NCBI GenBank assembly: GCA_020637795.1
Contig: JACKJT010000002.1
Coordinates: forward strand, 919,092 to 983,091
Origin: Hoeflea sp.
GTDB taxonomy: Bacteria > Pseudomonadota > Alphaproteobacteria > Rhizobiales > Rhizobiaceae
DNA length: 64,000 nt
Direction of reading: 5' to 3'
This document shows positions 62,437 through 64,000 of this stretch, piece after piece (within the stretch, counting starts at the first letter, position 1; the number at the start of each line of letters is the position of its first letter). A program made the position numbers and the translations under genes. Below the pieces are notes generated by a model that saw only the letters and a program-made list of their open reading frames with translations, did no database searches and had not been told where the DNA came from.

Positions 62437-63318
62437 GTGCTGCACACACCGACCGAAACCAGGGCCCGCACCTCTGCGGGCATCGTCCTGATGTGCGTGG
62501 GCGTGGCCAGTCTCTGCGTCAACGACGCGCTGGCCAAGACCCTGACCGCGCATTATTCGCCGTTCCAGATCCAGTTCCTGCGCAACCTGATCGCGCTCCC
62601 CTTCGCCATCCTCATCGCCTACCGGATGGGCGGCCGCGCCGCGCTTCGCTCGCATCGTCCGTTCACGCATCTGGCGCGCGGCACCCTCTGGGTCGGCGCC
62701 ACCTTCCTGTTCTTCACCTCGATCACCTATATGGGGCTCGCCGAAGCCACCGCGCTGATCTTCGTAGCACCCTTGTTCATCACCGCACTGTCGGCGCTGG
62801 TCTTCCGCGAGCATGTCGGCTGGAAGCGCTGGCTCGCAGTCCTCGTCGGTTTCGCCGGCGTGCTGATCGCGGTCAGGCCCGGCACCGCGGCCTTCCAGGC
62901 CGTTTCGCTGCTGCCGGTCGCCACCGCCTTCGTCTATGCGCTTCTGATGCTCTCGGCCCGCTTCGTCGACAGCCGCGAAAGTGTCTGGACCCTGCTGCTC
63001 TACCTGACGGCAACCGGCGCGCTGATCAGCCTGTTCATCGTGCCCTTCGTCTGGATCGCGCCAAGGCCCGAGGATTACTGGCTGTTTATCGCCATCGCCA
63101 TCTTCGGCACCGCCGGCATGACCATGATGACCCAGGCCTTCCGCCTCGCCCCCGCCTTCGTCGTCGCGCCCCTCGACTACACCGCCATCATCTGGGCCAC
63201 GGCTCTCGGCTGGATCTTCTGGACCGAAATCCCCGACGCCCTGACCTTTGTCGGCGCCGCGATCATCATCGCCAGCGGGGTATTTGTTATCTGGCGGGAG
63301 CATAGGGGGGCGGGGTGA
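62437..63318 (+). CDS. DMT/EamA-family transporter
   Basis: About 10 TM helices, F.APLF, REHVGWKRW and APLDY motifs. GTG start. Confidence 0.9.
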   Translation: MLHTPTETRARTSAGIVLMCVGVASLCVNDALAKTLTAHYSPFQIQFLRNLIALPFAILIAYRMGGRAALRSHRPFTHLARGTLWVGATFLFFTSITYMGLAEATALIFVAPLFITALSALVFREHVGWKRWLAVLVGFAGVLIAVRPGTAAFQAVSLLPVATAFVYALLMLSARFVDSRESVWTLLLYLTATGALISLFIVPFVWIAPRPEDYWLFIAIAIFGTAGMTMMTQAFRLAPAFVVAPLDYTAIIWATALGWIFWTEIPDALTFVGAAIIIASGVFVIWREHRGAG

Positions 63319-63718
63319 AGACCACCCTACTACCGTATGTGACAATTCTTGCTATGGAACGATGTCACAGCATCGTCACTGTGATCTACTATCCGGACCT
63401 TTAGTGAAAACAGTCGGCCAGATTTGGCTCGCGTTCGTAACCCTGGCTTTAGGTGCCTCTTAACGTAGTACCGACAACGTGGTAGGCAGCCCGGCCATCT
63501 CCTGCACCGCAAGTACCTCCAAATTGCCGCCGCCATGACGGACACATGACGCGGCTCCAATTTTCTTGCTGTCGATTTTGCCGACCCATATGATAAGGTT
63601 TAATTCCACAATATTCTGCAGATATAAGGTTACATTGACCGACGGGAGACGCTGTTGGAGCGAATTGGCAATATACTCAATTTTTTAGTTGATGTATTCC
63701 TCCCAGTTTACCCAAGCG

Positions 63719-63979
63719 CTATTGTTCCCTGGGACAAGTATCGGACCTAATCACTTCATCTGAGAAAATACTTTTGTGAAGACGGCGACTGGCAAAAAGC
63801 TGCGTCTTTACGAGGTTGACCAACTCCGCACTCGCCTGAATCGAAATGTTCTTTTCCCGGCACGACTCACGGAACTCTTGCTCTTTGCCATTGGCGATTA
63901 TCGTTTTGACAATTTCAAACACAGTGTCTGCCGTCACATCAATCGGGTTAAGTCCCTCATATAGGAAAGGCTCTTTCAT
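63719..63979 (-). CDS. Hypothetical protein (AT-rich)
   Basis: 86-aa ORF with GGGAGAAG RBS in a low-GC tract; no recognised motif. Confidence 0.5.
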   Translation of the reverse strand: MKEPFLYEGLNPIDVTADTVFEIVKTIIANGKEQEFRESCREKNISIQASAELVNLVKTQLFASRRLHKSIFSDEVIRSDTCPREQ

Positions 63980-64000
63980 ACGTCTTCTCCCATTGATTCA

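Noticed and set aside
63311-63330. GTAG-hairpin REP-like motif at the GC boundary
   Set aside because: Single short copy; the resemblance to 52411-52421 is too short to be significant.

Overview
GC-rich alphaproteobacterial chromosome segment; the gene content suggests a marine Rhizobiales/Phyllobacteriaceae-like organism (inference). From left to right it holds: the edge of a sox sulfur-oxidation locus (soxV, soxS, soxR, two YeeE/SoxT genes, a Tat-exported metallo-beta-lactamase-fold hydrolase); urtABCDE urea uptake under a sigma54/NtrC-type promoter; a BTLCP peptidase; a YhaO/YhaN (Mre11/Rad50-like) pair; a sul1-like leader with SulP and USP; AraC/AKR/KefB/HAD; a DmdA-like demethylase with Lrp; a MaoC-phosphotransacylase fusion; a PepSY/cytochrome b/two-component/EptA module; a CecR-type ABC exporter; a TetR/FMO/BASS/SDR catabolic operon; usg-groESL; DUF3422; a TAXI-TRAP system; a CoA-transferase divergent from an HTH-citrate synthase fusion; yegP; an IS5-based insertion; part of a paa cluster; DUF1194; a DMT transporter; and an AT-rich tail. 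No rRNA, tRNA or CRISPR array was seen. Best leads: (1) an IS5-GNAT-orphan-IR composite inserted into the loop of a ~79-bp palindrome; (2) an orphan NtrC/sigma54 promoter with an ANTAR-like leader and terminator but no downstream gene, at the urt/sox junction; (3) a SoxR whose first sensing Cys is Trp; (4) an HTH-citrate synthase fusion with intact catalytic motifs beside a candidate operator; (5) a candidate groES RNA thermometer with RpoH and CIRCE sites. All calls come from reading motifs by eye; no database search was run.
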